Positions 1 through 12,325 are shown, counted from the first letter of the stretch. The stretch: 32,000 nucleotides of DNA from Methylorubrum extorquens (GCA_900234795.1 LT962688.1:4080001-4112000), one strand, 5' to 3'. A program made the numbers and translations. Notes: a model not told the origin generated them from the sequence alone.

Positions 1-1
1 G

Positions 2-793
2 CACCTCGAATTTTGCCGGCAATGGTTGTGGCCAGAGCTCGACGTGCAGCTCGCCTCGGTCAGCGAGCAATGGGCGCAATATGCGGTCGCCGGCCCTCGC
101 GCCCGCGATACCCTGCGCCGGATCATCGATCCCGGTTTCGATCTCTCCAACGAGGCCTTCCCGTTTCTCGCCTGCGCCGACGTCTACGTCGGCGGCGGCA
201 TCCCGGCGCGTCTGTTCCGCATCTCGTTCTCGGGCGAGCTTGCCTACGAGCTCGCTGTGCCGGCCGCCTACGGCGACGCGGCGTGGCGGGCGATCATGCA
301 GGCGGGCCTGCCCTACAGCATCACCGCCTACGGCTCGGAGGCGCTCTCGGTGATGCGCATCGAGAAGGGCCACGCGGCCGGGTCTGAGATCAACGGCCAG
401 ACCACCGCCCGCGACCTCGGGCTCGGCGGGATGCTCGCCAAGAAGAAGGACTATATCGGCCGCCTGATGAAGGAGCGCCCGGCGCTGGTCGATCCGGACA
501 GGCCGATCCTCGTGGGCTTCCGCCCCGTCGATCCGAGCGCGCGACTCCGGGCGGGGGCGCATTTCCTGAGCCTCGACGCCGCGCCGAGCCTGGAGGCCGA
601 CGAGGGTGTGATGACCTCGGTGGCCTACTCGCCGAGCCTGAAGAGCTGGATCGGCATCGGCCTGATCCGGCGCGGACCCGAGCGCCACGGCGAGCGGGTG
701 CGCGCCTACGATCCGGTGCGCGGCGCCGAGATCGAGGTCGAGATCTGCTTACCGGTCTTCGTGGACCCCAAGGAGGAGAAGCTGCATGTCTGA
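2..793 (+). CDS. soxA: Sarcosine oxidase family alpha subunit, C-terminal fragment (5' end lies outside the window); could equally be N-methylglutamate dehydrogenase subunit C
   Basis: The frame is open from nt 2, and the track ORF 26..793 merely begins at an in-frame TTG. The translation (SEQWAQYAVAGPRARD, ISFSGELAYEL, YGSEALSVMRIEKGH, TTARDLGL) matches the GcvT-like folate-binding C-terminal part of SoxA-type subunits. The stop overlaps the next start (ATGTCTGA, 786..793), which suggests translational coupling. Confidence 0.8.
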   Translation, partial: HLEFCRQWLWPELDVQLASVSEQWAQYAVAGPRARDTLRRIIDPGFDLSNEAFPFLACADVYVGGGIPARLFRISFSGELAYELAVPAAYGDAAWRAIMQAGLPYSITAYGSEALSVMRIEKGHAAGSEINGQTTARDLGLGGMLAKKKDYIGRLMKERPALVDPDRPILVGFRPVDPSARLRAGAHFLSLDAAPSLEADEGVMTSVAYSPSLKSWIGIGLIRRGPERHGERVRAYDPVRGAEIEVEICLPVFVDPKEEKLHV

Positions 794-1415
794 GGCGATG
801 ACGAGCCTGTGGCAGCCGCGCGGCGCCTGGGAGGGGACCGCGCGGATCGGGCGCCACGGTGCAGCCGCGGGGCCGGCGGGCATCCGCCTGAGCCTGCGCG
901 AGGGGTTCGGCCTCGCCACCCTCATCGCGGCTGAGGGAAAGGAAGCCGACTTACAAACTGCCCTTGCGGATCGGTTCGGCCCGTCCCTGCCGGATGCCGG
1001 CACCGCAATCTTCGAGGGCGAGACGGGTTTGGTCTGGTCCGCGCCCGGCCAGTGGCTCGCGGTGGCGCCGTCACCGGGCGATCTGCGGGATTGGCCCGAA
1101 GCCCTGCGCGGTGTCGCCTCCGTCACCGACCAGAGCGACAGCCGCGCCCTGGTGCGGATCTGTGGGCCGCAGGCGCGCGCCATGCTCGCCAAGGGCGTGG
1201 CGATCGATCTGCACCCCCGCGCCTTTGGGCCGGGCCGGACGGCGGTGACGAGCATCGCCCATATCGGCGTGCAGCTCTGGCAGCGCGATGCCGGCCCGAC
1301 CTACGACCTCACGGTCGCCCGCAGCTTCGCCGGCAGCTTCTGGCGCTGGCTGGAGCACGCGGCGGCCGAGTTCGGCTACGAGGTCGAAGGCGCGGATCAG
1401 CGCCGGCTGAAATAG
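786..1415 (+). CDS. soxG: Sarcosine oxidase family gamma subunit (SoxG/MgdD-like)
   Basis: 209-aa ORF whose start overlaps the soxA-like stop by 8 nt. Size, position directly after the alpha subunit and GcvT-like composition fit the gamma subunit of heterotetrameric sarcosine oxidases. Recognised by context plus family resemblance, not by a sharp motif. Confidence 0.65.
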   Translation: MSEAMTSLWQPRGAWEGTARIGRHGAAAGPAGIRLSLREGFGLATLIAAEGKEADLQTALADRFGPSLPDAGTAIFEGETGLVWSAPGQWLAVAPSPGDLRDWPEALRGVASVTDQSDSRALVRICGPQARAMLAKGVAIDLHPRAFGPGRTAVTSIAHIGVQLWQRDAGPTYDLTVARSFAGSFWRWLEHAAAEFGYEVEGADQRRLK

Positions 1416-2029
1416 CGCCGGTCGGCGGCGTCGGTCTCGGCCAGCGGTAGGACGAGACGTCCCGTCCGGTCGATCAGGCCCCAGCGCCCGCCGACCATCG
1501 CGGCGGGTTGCCGTCCGTCCGAGCGGCAGCCCTCGCAGACCAAAGCCTCGCCGCATGCGTTGAACGGGAAGGCCCAGTCGTAGGGCGTGGCGAGGACGAG
1601 CCGCAGGCGGCGGTCGTAGAAGGCGACCTTGCCGTTGCGCCAACTGCGCACGAGGCCCTGCTCGAAAGGGTCCGGCCCGTTATCGAGTAGGAACACCGGC
1701 AGCGCCAGCCCGTCGCGGCGCACCCAGAGACAGCCGATCCCCGGCACGCGCAACTCGGCGAGGCCGCGCTCGAAACGCATCCGCGCGAGATGCGCCGGGG
1801 CGACCCGGACCATCCCGTCCTCGCGCCGGGCGCAATGCGCGTACGAGTCGAGATCCCGACGGAAATAGGCGCAGGCCAGCGGATACGGGGCCGCGCCCTG
1901 GCCTGCGCCGAGAGCCGGCAACGGAAGCGCTGCGAGCGCCGTGAGGCCAACCAGCATCCCCCGCGCGACCCGACGGGACGGGCGGCGCCGCAAGGGGCGC
2001 GCTCCGGCGCGGATCGCGGTCTCAGCCAT
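1397..2029 (-). CDS. Secreted WG-repeat (KWG/WG_beta_rep-like) protein of unknown function
   Basis: 210-aa ORF with ATG at 2029 preceded by GAGG. It has an Arg-rich N-terminus and then a hydrophobic signal-like segment (MLVGLTALAALPLPALGAG). Repeats of the WG type are present (GRWGLIDRTGRLVLP, WRNGKVAFYDRRLRLVLATPYDWAFPF). There are seven Cys residues in the mature part. Confidence 0.6.
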   Translation of the reverse strand: MAETAIRAGARPLRRRPSRRVARGMLVGLTALAALPLPALGAGQGAAPYPLACAYFRRDLDSYAHCARREDGMVRVAPAHLARMRFERGLAELRVPGIGCLWVRRDGLALPVFLLDNGPDPFEQGLVRSWRNGKVAFYDRRLRLVLATPYDWAFPFNACGEALVCEGCRSDGRQPAAMVGGRWGLIDRTGRLVLPLAETDAADRRYFSRR

Positions 2030-2088
2030 CCGCCGCCTCTACCCGCCTCCCGCGCAGCGGGCAAACCGAGAGGCCGAGGCCCGCGCCC

Positions 2089-3714
2089 CTACCCGACCCC
2101 GGTCGGCCCGTCGATCACACGCCGCACCCGGCGGGCCAGCTCCATGCGCTTGTAGGGCTTGTTGATGATCTCGAACTCGGTGCCGCCCGCGTCGGTGCGC
2201 TCCATCGAGGCCTCGGCGTAGCCGGTGGTGAGCAGCACCTTGATCTTCGGCTGCCGCTCCCGCGCGGCGCGGGCCAGCATCACGCCGTTCATGCCGCCGG
2301 GCATGATCAGGTCGGTGAACAGCAGGTCGATGCGCCCCTCGCCGTCGAGGATGTCGAGCGCCGCCTTGGGACCATCGACGACGGTGACCTTGTAGCCGAA
2401 ATCCTCCAGGATGATGCCCGCGGTCTCGGCCACGTCGGGCCGGTCGTCCACGACGAGCACGGTTTCGGTGCCGTGCCGGTCGGCGGCGCGGATCGTCGGC
2501 TTCTGCTCCTCCTCGGCCTTCTGGTCGGAGGCGGGGAACAGGAGCCGCACCGTCGTGCCGTGCCCGACCTCGGAATAGATCTTCACCGAGCCGCCGGACT
2601 GCTTGGCGAAACCGTAGACCATGGCAAGGCCGAGCCCCGTGCCCTTGCCCTCGCCCTTTGTGGTGAAGAACGGCTCCATGACACGGGCCAGGATCTCGGA
2701 CGGCATGCCGGTTCCGGTATCGGTCACCGAGATCACCACGTAGGCGCCGGACGGCACGGTCTTGTAGAGGGCGGTGTCCTCGTCCTCGATCAGCAGGTTC
2801 TCGGTGCGCACCGTGACCGAGCCGCCCTCCGGCATCGCGTCGCGGGCGTTGATCAGCACGTTGAGCAGGGCGACCTCGGCCTGCGTCGGGTCGATGCGGG
2901 TGGTCCAGAGATCCGGCGCGAGGACGGATTTCAGGACGACGTCGTCGCCGATCGTCCGCCCGGCCATCTCGCCCATGCTCTCGACGAGGCCGTTGAGGTT
3001 CAGGAGCCGCCCTTCCAGCCGCTGCTTGCGCGAGAAGGCGAGGAGCTGATGCGTGAGCTTGGCGGCCCGGTCGGTCGCCGCCCGCACCGCCTCACCGGCC
3101 CGGCGCATCCGCGACACGTCGAGGGTGGGATGGTCGAGCAGCGCCAGCATCACCTCGTTGTGGCCCGACACGACCTGGAGCAGGTTGTTGAAATCGTGGG
3201 CGATGCCGCCGGTGAGCTGGCCGAGGCTCTCCATCTTCTGGGCTTGGTGCAGCGATTCCTCCGCGTCGCGGCGGCGCGACACGTCGAGCTGCGAGCCGAA
3301 GAAGTAGACGAGGTCGCCCGAGCGGTTGAACACCGGGCTGACGAACAGCGCGTTCCAGAACGAGGAGCCGTCCTTGCGGTAGTTCAGGATCTCGGCGGCG
3401 AACTCCCGATGCTCTCGGATGGCGTCGCGCACCTCCGAGACGGTGTCGCGGTCCGTATCGGGGCCCTGGAGGAAGCGGCAGTTCGATCCGATCAGCTCCT
3501 CGGCCGAATAGCCGGTCATCCGGACGAAGGCGCGGTTGGCGAAGATGATCGGGTTGTCGGGCTGGTGCGGATCGGTGACGATCATCGGCATGCGCGTCGT
3601 CTCGACGGCCGCGAAGAAGATGTCGTGATGCTGATCGACGACGCCCGAGGCGCCGCTGCCGGTGACAGGCGTATTGGGCCCAGGTGCCCTGGGCTTCTCC
3701 GGTGACGAGGGCAT
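2089..3714 (-). CDS. LOV-domain (blue-light, flavin-binding PAS) hybrid sensor histidine kinase with C-terminal receiver domain
   Basis: Track ORF 2089..3741. LOV signature [13 protein letters not shown], plus [11 protein letters not shown] and [10 protein letters not shown]-box [13 protein letters not shown]. HATPase boxes [25 protein letters not shown]. Receiver motifs [32 protein letters not shown]. The ORF opens with GTG at 3741; I chose the first ATG at 3714, so the start is uncertain by 9 codons. Confidence 0.9.
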   Translation of the reverse strand: MPSSPEKPRAPGPNTPVTGSGASGVVDQHHDIFFAAVETTRMPMIVTDPHQPDNPIIFANRAFVRMTGYSAEELIGSNCRFLQGPDTDRDTVSEVRDAIREHREFAAEILNYRKDGSSFWNALFVSPVFNRSGDLVYFFGSQLDVSRRRDAEESLHQAQKMESLGQLTGGIAHDFNNLLQVVSGHNEVMLALLDHPTLDVSRMRRAGEAVRAATDRAAKLTHQLLAFSRKQRLEGRLLNLNGLVESMGEMAGRTIGDDVVLKSVLAPDLWTTRIDPTQAEVALLNVLINARDAMPEGGSVTVRTENLLIEDEDTALYKTVPSGAYVVISVTDTGTGMPSEILARVMEPFFTTKGEGKGTGLGLAMVYGFAKQSGGSVKIYSEVGHGTTVRLLFPASDQKAEEEQKPTIRAADRHGTETVLVVDDRPDVAETAGIILEDFGYKVTVVDGPKAALDILDGEGRIDLLFTDLIMPGGMNGVMLARAARERQPKIKVLLTTGYAEASMERTDAGGTEFEIINKPYKRMELARRVRRVIDGPTGVG

Positions 3715-3879
3715 CAACGTTTTCCAGCGGGGACGACCCACTGGGTCGGATTGCGCGTATCAATCCGATGCGGCGACGGCTCGTTCCATCGGAAGCGACG
3801 GCTTGAGCGCTTCGTGAACGGCACGATGCCGCAGAGCTGTCTCTCAGCTTGGCTGCCGCCGGTTCAGGGCGGATCGCAG

Positions 3880-3902
3880 CCGGACCCGAGGACCGGGTCC
3901 GG
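3880..3902 (-). terminator. GC-rich stem-loop 11 nt downstream of the lpdA stop (possible operon terminator without a U-tract)
   Basis: CCGGACCCG / CGGGTCCGG, a 9-bp perfect stem with a 5-nt loop. It lies immediately after the lpdA stop (3914..3916). No T-run follows on the minus strand, so the call is tentative. Confidence 0.4.
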
Positions 3903-3913
3903 CCATGATGGGA

Positions 3914-5317
3914 TCAGACGTGGATCGCGCGCTTGTCGACGGCCAGCGCGGCTTCCTTGATCGCCTCGGTCAGCGTCGGGTGGGCGTGGCAGGTGCGGGC
4001 GATGTCCTCGGCGGAGGCTGCGAACTCCATGGCCACCGCGACCTCGGCGATGAGGTTGCCGGCATCCGCCCCGACGATGTGCACGCCGAGCACCCGGTCG
4101 CTCTGCGCGTCCGCGAGGATCTTCACGAAGCCGTCGGTGGTGCCGTTGGCCTTGGCCCGGCCGTTGGCGGTGAAGGGGAACTTGCCGACGTTATAGGCGA
4201 TCCCGTCCTTCTTCAGCTCCTCCTCGGTCTTGCCGACCGAGGCGACCTCGGGGAAGGTGTAGACCACGTTCGGGATCACGCCGTAATTCACGTGGCCCGA
4301 CTGGCCGGCCAGGATCTCGGCGACCGCGACGCCCTCGTCCTCCGCCTTGTGGGCGAGCATCGGCCCGGCGATCACGTCGCCGATGGCGTAGATGCCGGTG
4401 ACGTTGGTGGCGTAGTGCGAATCGACCTCGATCCGGCCCTTGTCGTCGGTCGCCACGCCCACCGTCTCGAGCCCGAGCCCTTCCGTGTAGGGCACCCGGC
4501 CGATGGCCACGAGCACCACGTCGGCCTCGAGCTTCTCCGGCTCGCCGCCCTGCGCCGGCTCGACGGTGACGGTGGCGCGGCCCTTCTTGCCGGTCTCGAC
4601 ACCGGTCACCTTGGTCGAGAGCTTGAAGACCATGCCCTGCTTGGCCAGGATGCGCTGGAACTGCTTGCCGACCTCGCCGTCCATGCCCGGCAGCACCCGG
4701 TCGAGATACTCGATCACGGTGACCTCGGCGCCGAGGCGGCGCCAGACCGAGCCGAGTTCGAGCCCGATCACACCCGCGCCGATCACCACGAGGCGCTTGG
4801 GCACCTCGGCGAGTTCGAGCGCGCCGGTGGAGGAGACCACCGTCTTCTCGTCGATTTCGACGCCGGGCAGCCGGGTCACGTCGGAACCGGTAGCGATGAC
4901 GATGTTCTTCGTCTCCAGCAACTGGTTGCCGCCGTCGTCCGAGATCACCTCGACGCGGCCGGCCCCGGCGATGCGGCCGCGGCCGTGATAGGTATCGACC
5001 TTGTTCTTCTTGAGCAGGAACTCGACGCCCTTGGTGTTGCCGTCCACGCCGCTCTGCTTGAAGCTCTGCATTTTTTTGAGATCAAGCTTCGGCGTACCCA
5101 CGTCGATGCCCAACTCCGAAAAGTGCTTGTTGGCCTCCTCGAAGGCTTCCGATGCGTGCAGCAGCGCCTTGGACGGGATGCAGCCGACATTGAGGCAGGT
5201 GCCGCCGTGGGTCGCCCGCTTCTCGACCACCGCGGTCTTCAGCCCGAGCTGGGCCGCGCGGATGGCGCAGACATAGCCGCCGGGGCCGGTGCCGATGACG
5301 ATGAGATCGTAGGACAT
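3914..5317 (-). CDS. lpdA: Dihydrolipoyl dehydrogenase (E3 component)
   Basis: FAD fold [10 protein letters not shown], redox-active disulfide [16 protein letters not shown] fold [12 protein letters not shown]-terminal HAHPTLTE. The track ORF opens with TTG at 5320; I took the adjacent ATG at 5317. Confidence 0.95.
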   Translation of the reverse strand: MSYDLIVIGTGPGGYVCAIRAAQLGLKTAVVEKRATHGGTCLNVGCIPSKALLHASEAFEEANKHFSELGIDVGTPKLDLKKMQSFKQSGVDGNTKGVEFLLKKNKVDTYHGRGRIAGAGRVEVISDDGGNQLLETKNIVIATGSDVTRLPGVEIDEKTVVSSTGALELAEVPKRLVVIGAGVIGLELGSVWRRLGAEVTVIEYLDRVLPGMDGEVGKQFQRILAKQGMVFKLSTKVTGVETGKKGRATVTVEPAQGGEPEKLEADVVLVAIGRVPYTEGLGLETVGVATDDKGRIEVDSHYATNVTGIYAIGDVIAGPMLAHKAEDEGVAVAEILAGQSGHVNYGVIPNVVYTFPEVASVGKTEEELKKDGIAYNVGKFPFTANGRAKANGTTDGFVKILADAQSDRVLGVHIVGADAGNLIAEVAVAMEFAASAEDIARTCHAHPTLTEAIKEAALAVDKRAIHV

Positions 5318-5401
5318 CAAGTCTGCCTGACGTGTCGGAGGAGGCGTCGAACAAGCACGCCCGCAGAGATGAAAAATCGCAAGCGAGCGCGGCGACCGCG
5401 G

Positions 5402-5445
5402 CTAGAGCCGTATCCGACCTGATGGCATCAGGCCGGTGTCTCTAG
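5402..5445. repeat. Imperfect palindrome in the sucB-lpdA spacer
   Basis: Outer arms CTAGAG (5402..5407) and CTCTAG (5440..5445). They enclose a 15-bp perfect palindrome CCTGATG-G-CATCAGG (5418..5432). Confidence 0.5.
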
Positions 5446-5451
5446 GTCTGT

Positions 5452-5508
5452 GTTTCAACGCGCATTCTTTCGACGAACCGGTCACCACTTCGTCGGAATG
5501 CGTTTCAA
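5452..5508. repeat. Interrupted hairpin flanked by 7-bp direct repeats (REP/MITE-like mini-element)
   Basis: CGCATTC-ttt-CGACGAA (5461..5477), an 11-nt loop, then TTCGTCG-GAATGCG (5489..5502). This gives 14 paired positions. GTTTCAA is present on both sides (5452..5458 and 5502..5508). Confidence 0.45.
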
Positions 5509-5552
5509 ATCGAAAGTCAGTAAAGCGGCGGGTCATGCCGCGGGACGTCTGT

Positions 5553-5596
5553 GTCGGTAGCTCCAGCCAATGAGCGCATCGGCTGGAGCTGCCGAC
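5553..5596 (-). other. Long stem-loop 10 nt downstream of the sucB stop (mRNA-processing/stability element or weak terminator)
   Basis: GTCGGTAGCTCCAGCC (5553..5568) pairs with GGCTGGAGCTGCCGAC (5581..5596). The stem has 16 positions with one non-Watson-Crick pair and a 12-nt loop. No U-tract follows on the minus strand. Confidence 0.45.
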
Positions 5597-5605
5597 ATTG
5601 TGGCC

Positions 5606-6934
5606 TTACAGGTCCAGCACGAGGCGGGCCGGATCCTCCAGGGCCTCCTTGACGCGAACGAGGAAGGTCACGGCCTCCTTCCCGTCGACGATGCGGTGAT
5701 CGTAGGAGAGCGCCAGATACATCATCGGCCGCGCCTCGATCTTGCCGTTGCGCACCACCGGCCGCTCCTCAATGCGGTGCATGCCGAGGATGCCCGATTG
5801 CGGCGCGTTGAGGATCGGGGTCGACATCAGCGAGCCGTAGATGCCGCCATTGGTGATGGTGAAGGTGCCGCCCTGCATCTCGTCGATGGAGAGCTTGCCC
5901 TCGCGCGCCTTCTTGCCGAAGCCCGAGATTTTCTTCTCGATGCCGGCGATCGAGAGGTCGTCGGCGTCGCGCACCACCGGCACGACGAGGCCCTTATCGG
6001 TGCCGACCGCGATGCCGATGTGGTAGTAGTTCTTGTAGACGAGATCCTGCCCGTCGATCTCGGCATTGACCGCCGGCACGTCCTTGAGGGCGCCGATCAC
6101 CGCCTTGGTGAAGAAGCCCATGAAGCCGAGCTTCGTCCCGTGCTTCTTCTCGAAGATGTCCTTGTACTGCGAGCGCATCGCCATCACCGCGCCCATGTCC
6201 ACGTCGTTGAACGTGGTCAGCATCGCCGCCGTTTCCTGGGCGCTCTTGAGGCGCTTGGCGATGGTCTGGCGCAGCTTGGTCATCCGCACGCGCTCCTCGC
6301 GCGCGGCGTCGTCCGGCGCGGAGGGGGCGCGCGGCGGGGGGGCCTTCGTCTCGCTCCGGGCTTCCTGAGCCGGAGCCTTCTGGCCGTTCCTGTCGATCGC
6401 GGCGAGCATGTCGCCCTTGGTCACGCGGCCGTCCTTGCCGCTGCCGTTGAGGCTCGCCGGGTCGATCCCGGATTCGCGGGCGAGCTTGGCCACCGCCGGG
6501 CCGCTGTCATCGGCCGGGCGCCCGTCCGTGGGCGGGGCGTCGCCGTGGCTGCCGTAGGAGGCCGAGGATTCCTGGGCGGGCGCGTCGTCCTTGGCGGGCT
6601 TGCCCTCGCCCTTCTCCTCGCGGGATTGCGTCTTGGTCTCGGCCGGCTCGGCGCTCTTGGGAGCGGGCTTCGCGTCCGATTTTCCTGAGCCCTTGCCGCC
6701 CTCGACGATCGAGCCGAGCACCGCGCCGGGCTCCACCGTCTCGCCGTCCTTGACGAGGATCTCGCCGAGTTCGCCGGCGGCCGGGGCGTTGACTTCGAGC
6801 GTGACCTTGTCGGTCTCGAGTTCGACGAGGGGCTCGTCGGCGGCCACCGTGTCGCCGGGCTTCTTGAACCAGCGGCCGATCGTGGCCTCACTGACGGATT
6901 CGCCGAGCGTGGGGACGAGGATGTCGGTCGCCAT
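5606..6934 (-). CDS. sucB: 2-oxoglutarate dehydrogenase E2, dihydrolipoyllysine-residue succinyltransferase
   Basis: Lipoyl domain ([10 protein letters not shown]), a long Ala/Pro/Lys/Glu linker, an E3-binding domain ([14 protein letters not shown]) and a catalytic domain with [12 protein letters not shown] at 6934. Confidence 0.95.
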   Translation of the reverse strand: MATDILVPTLGESVSEATIGRWFKKPGDTVAADEPLVELETDKVTLEVNAPAAGELGEILVKDGETVEPGAVLGSIVEGGKGSGKSDAKPAPKSAEPAETKTQSREEKGEGKPAKDDAPAQESSASYGSHGDAPPTDGRPADDSGPAVAKLARESGIDPASLNGSGKDGRVTKGDMLAAIDRNGQKAPAQEARSETKAPPPRAPSAPDDAAREERVRMTKLRQTIAKRLKSAQETAAMLTTFNDVDMGAVMAMRSQYKDIFEKKHGTKLGFMGFFTKAVIGALKDVPAVNAEIDGQDLVYKNYYHIGIAVGTDKGLVVPVVRDADDLSIAGIEKKISGFGKKAREGKLSIDEMQGGTFTITNGGIYGSLMSTPILNAPQSGILGMHRIEERPVVRNGKIEARPMMYLALSYDHRIVDGKEAVTFLVRVKEALEDPARLVLDL

Positions 6935-7017
6935 AATGTGTCTTCACCGCGGTTTCGGGGCGCGCATCGAGCCAGCGCGGCCCCGGTTGGTGGGTCGGTC
7001 GAAAAGAGCCGGCGGTG

Positions 7018-10008
<2,991 letters not shown>

Positions 10009-10232
10009 CGCTGCCTGTCCTACCGCTCGGGCGGCGCTGTCACAGCGGGCCGCCGCGTCGAGTTCGATCCGGCGCGTCGATCCGAGCGAGGTCTCAGAAC
10101 CCCGCCTCGCGCCTCCGGATCAGGCCGGGGCACGGTCGCGCCCCGACATGTTCTTCCATATGGGTCGCCCGAGCTCGCGTGCGGTGCAACACAGCCGCGC
10201 AGGTCCCGGTTACAGACCCCATCGACTCTTCA

Positions 10233-11120
10233 TCACCTGGACTTCAGCACGTCCACGAGCGTGGAGCCGAGACGAGCCGGCGAAGGCGAGACGCGGATGC
10301 CCGCGGCCTCCATCGCCGCGATCTTGTCCTCGGCACCGCCCTTGCCGCCGGAGATGATCGCGCCGGCATGGCCCATGCGGCGGCCGGGAGGCGCGGTGCG
10401 GCCGGCGATGAAGCCGACCATCGGCTTCTTACGGCCGCGCTTGGCCTCGTCGGCCAGGAACTGTGCCGCCTCTTCCTCGGCCGAGCCGCCGATCTCGCCG
10501 ATCATCACGATCGACTCGGTCTTGGGATCGGCCAGGAACAGCTCCAGCATGGAGATGAACTCGGTGCCCTTGACCGGATCGCCACCGATGCCGACGGCGG
10601 TGGTCTGGCCGAGCCCCTCGACGGTGGTCTGGAACACCGCCTCGTAGGTCAGGGTGCCGGAGCGCGAGACGATGCCGACCGAGCCCGGCTTGAAGATGTT
10701 GGCCGGCATGATGCCGATCTTCGACTGGCCCGCGGTGACGACGCCGGGGCAGTTCGGCCCGATTAGGCGCGACTTCGAGCCTTCGAGCGCGCGCTTGACC
10801 CGCACCATGTCGAGCACCGGAATGCCCTCGGTGATGCAGACGATCAGCGGGATCTCCGCCTGGATCGCCTCGCAGATCGCATCGGCCGCGCCCGGCGGCG
10901 GCACGTAGACGACGGAGGCGTCGGCGCCGGTGGCCTCGCGCGCCTCGGCCACGGTATCGAACACCGGCAGGCCGAGATGGGTGGAGCCGCCCTTACCCGG
11001 GCTCGTGCCGCCGACCATCTTGGTGCCGTAGGCGATGGCCTGCTCGGAATGGAAGGTGCCGTTCTTGCCGGTGAAGCCCTGGCAGATGACCTTGGTGTTC
11101 TGGTCGATGAGAATGGACAT
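10233..11120 (-). CDS. sucD: Succinate--CoA ligase (ADP-forming) alpha subunit
   Basis: 295 aa. Motifs [24 protein letters not shown] and the phosphohistidine loop [13 protein letters not shown]. The ATG lies 8 nt after the sucC stop. Confidence 0.96.
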   Translation of the reverse strand: MSILIDQNTKVICQGFTGKNGTFHSEQAIAYGTKMVGGTSPGKGGSTHLGLPVFDTVAEAREATGADASVVYVPPPGAADAICEAIQAEIPLIVCITEGIPVLDMVRVKRALEGSKSRLIGPNCPGVVTAGQSKIGIMPANIFKPGSVGIVSRSGTLTYEAVFQTTVEGLGQTTAVGIGGDPVKGTEFISMLELFLADPKTESIVMIGEIGGSAEEEAAQFLADEAKRGRKKPMVGFIAGRTAPPGRRMGHAGAIISGGKGGAEDKIAAMEAAGIRVSPSPARLGSTLVDVLKSR

Positions 11121-11128
11121 CTGTCAGC

Positions 11129-12325
11129 TCAACCCTTCTTCACCGCGGCGACGATCTTCTGCGCGGCGTCATCCAGATCGTCCGCGGGGATCACGTTGAG
11201 GCCGGAGTTCCGGATGATCTCCTTGCCCTCCTCGACGTTTGTGCCTTCCAGACGCACGACGAGCGGCACTTCGAGGCCGACCGCCTTCACCGCCGCGATC
11301 ACGCCGCGGGCGATGACGTCGCACTTCATGATCCCGCCGAAGATGTTGACGAGGATGCCCTTCACCTGCGGGTCCGCGGTGATGATCTTGAAGGCCGCGG
11401 TGACCTTCTCCTCGGAGGCGCCGCCGCCGACATCGAGGAAGTTCGCCGGCTCCTCGCCGTAGAGCTTGATGATGTCGAGCGTCGCCATGGCGAGCCCGGC
11501 GCCGTTGACCATGCAGCCGATGGTGCCGTCGAGGGCGATGTAGGCGAGGTCGTATTTCGAGGCCTCGATCTCCTTGGCGTCCTCCTCGGTCTCGTCGCGC
11601 AGCGCGACGATCTCGGGGTGGCGGTAGAGGGCGTTCGAGTCGAAGGAGATCTTGGCGTCGAGGCACTTGAGACCGCCGTCGCCGGTGAGCACCAGCGGGT
11701 TGATCTCCAGCATGCTCATGTCCTTGGCCGTGAAGGCCGCGTAGAGCTTCTCGGTGAGCGCGCCCGCCTCCTTGGCCTGGGGCCCGGAGAGGCCGAGCGC
11801 CTTGGCGACGGCACGACCGTGATGGGGCATGATGCCGGTGGCCGGATCGACCGAGAAGGTGACGATCTTCTCAGGGGTGTCGTGGGCGACCTGCTCGATA
11901 TCCATGCCGCCTTCCGTCGAGACGACGAAGGCGACGCGGCCGGTCTCGCGATCGACCAGCATCGACAGGTAGAACTCGGCGGCGATCGCCGCGCCTTCCT
12001 CGATGTAGAGGCGGTTGACCTGCTTGCCGGCCTCGCCGGTCTGCACGGTCACGAGCGTCTGCCCGAGCATTTCGCGAGCGAACTGCACCACCTCGTCCTT
12101 GGACTTGGTGACGCGCACACCGCCCTTGGCGCCCTCGGGCGCGCCCTTGAAGGTGCCCTTGCCGCGCCCGCCCGCATGGATCTGCGACTTCACCACCCAG
12201 ACCGGGCCGCCGAGTTCGTCGGCCGCCGCAGCGGCCTCCTCCGGCTTGAAGATCGGCACGCCGCGGGAGACCGGCAGGCCGAATTCCTTCAGGACAGCCT
12301 TGGCCTGGTATTCGTGGATGTTCAT
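11129..12325 (-). CDS. sucC: Succinate--CoA ligase (ADP-forming) beta subunit
   Basis: The real start is the internal ATG at 12325 (residue 221 of track ORF 11129..12985), giving [19 protein letters not shown] and a 398-aa ATP-grasp protein. The upstream 220 codons are Arg-rich, out-of-frame read-through across mdh. Confidence 0.95.
   Translation of the reverse strand: MNIHEYQAKAVLKEFGLPVSRGVPIFKPEEAAAAADELGGPVWVVKSQIHAGGRGKGTFKGAPEGAKGGVRVTKSKDEVVQFAREMLGQTLVTVQTGEAGKQVNRLYIEEGAAIAAEFYLSMLVDRETGRVAFVVSTEGGMDIEQVAHDTPEKIVTFSVDPATGIMPHHGRAVAKALGLSGPQAKEAGALTEKLYAAFTAKDMSMLEINPLVLTGDGGLKCLDAKISFDSNALYRHPEIVALRDETEEDAKEIEASKYDLAYIALDGTIGCMVNGAGLAMATLDIIKLYGEEPANFLDVGGGASEEKVTAAFKIITADPQVKGILVNIFGGIMKCDVIARGVIAAVKAVGLEVPLVVRLEGTNVEEGKEIIRNSGLNVIPADDLDDAAQKIVAAVKKG

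Noticed and set aside
3905-5422. 505-aa plus-strand ORF
   Set aside because: It is antisense to lpdA, with the same artefactual composition. lpdA carries all the diagnostic flavoprotein disulfide reductase motifs.
5570-6688. 372-aa plus-strand ORF, and the 2473..3705 (410 aa) and 24042..25538 (498 aa) plus-strand ORFs
   Set aside because: Each is the mirror frame of a confidently identified minus-strand gene (sucB, the LOV kinase and dapE respectively) and shows no protein-family features.
10055-10090. TTCGATCC words resembling a tRNA T-loop (also GGTTCGA near 31894)
   Set aside because: The flanking bases do not form a T-stem, and no acceptor or anticodon arms can be built. No tRNA gene is present in any intergenic gap of the window.
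10094-10222. 42-codon minus-strand ORF (MGSVTGTCAAVLHRT...) in the sucD-sucA spacer
   Set aside because: It has no Shine-Dalgarno sequence, its Arg/Ala-rich composition is indistinguishable from GC noise, and I know of no small gene at this position. Only ribosome profiling or conservation could rescue it.
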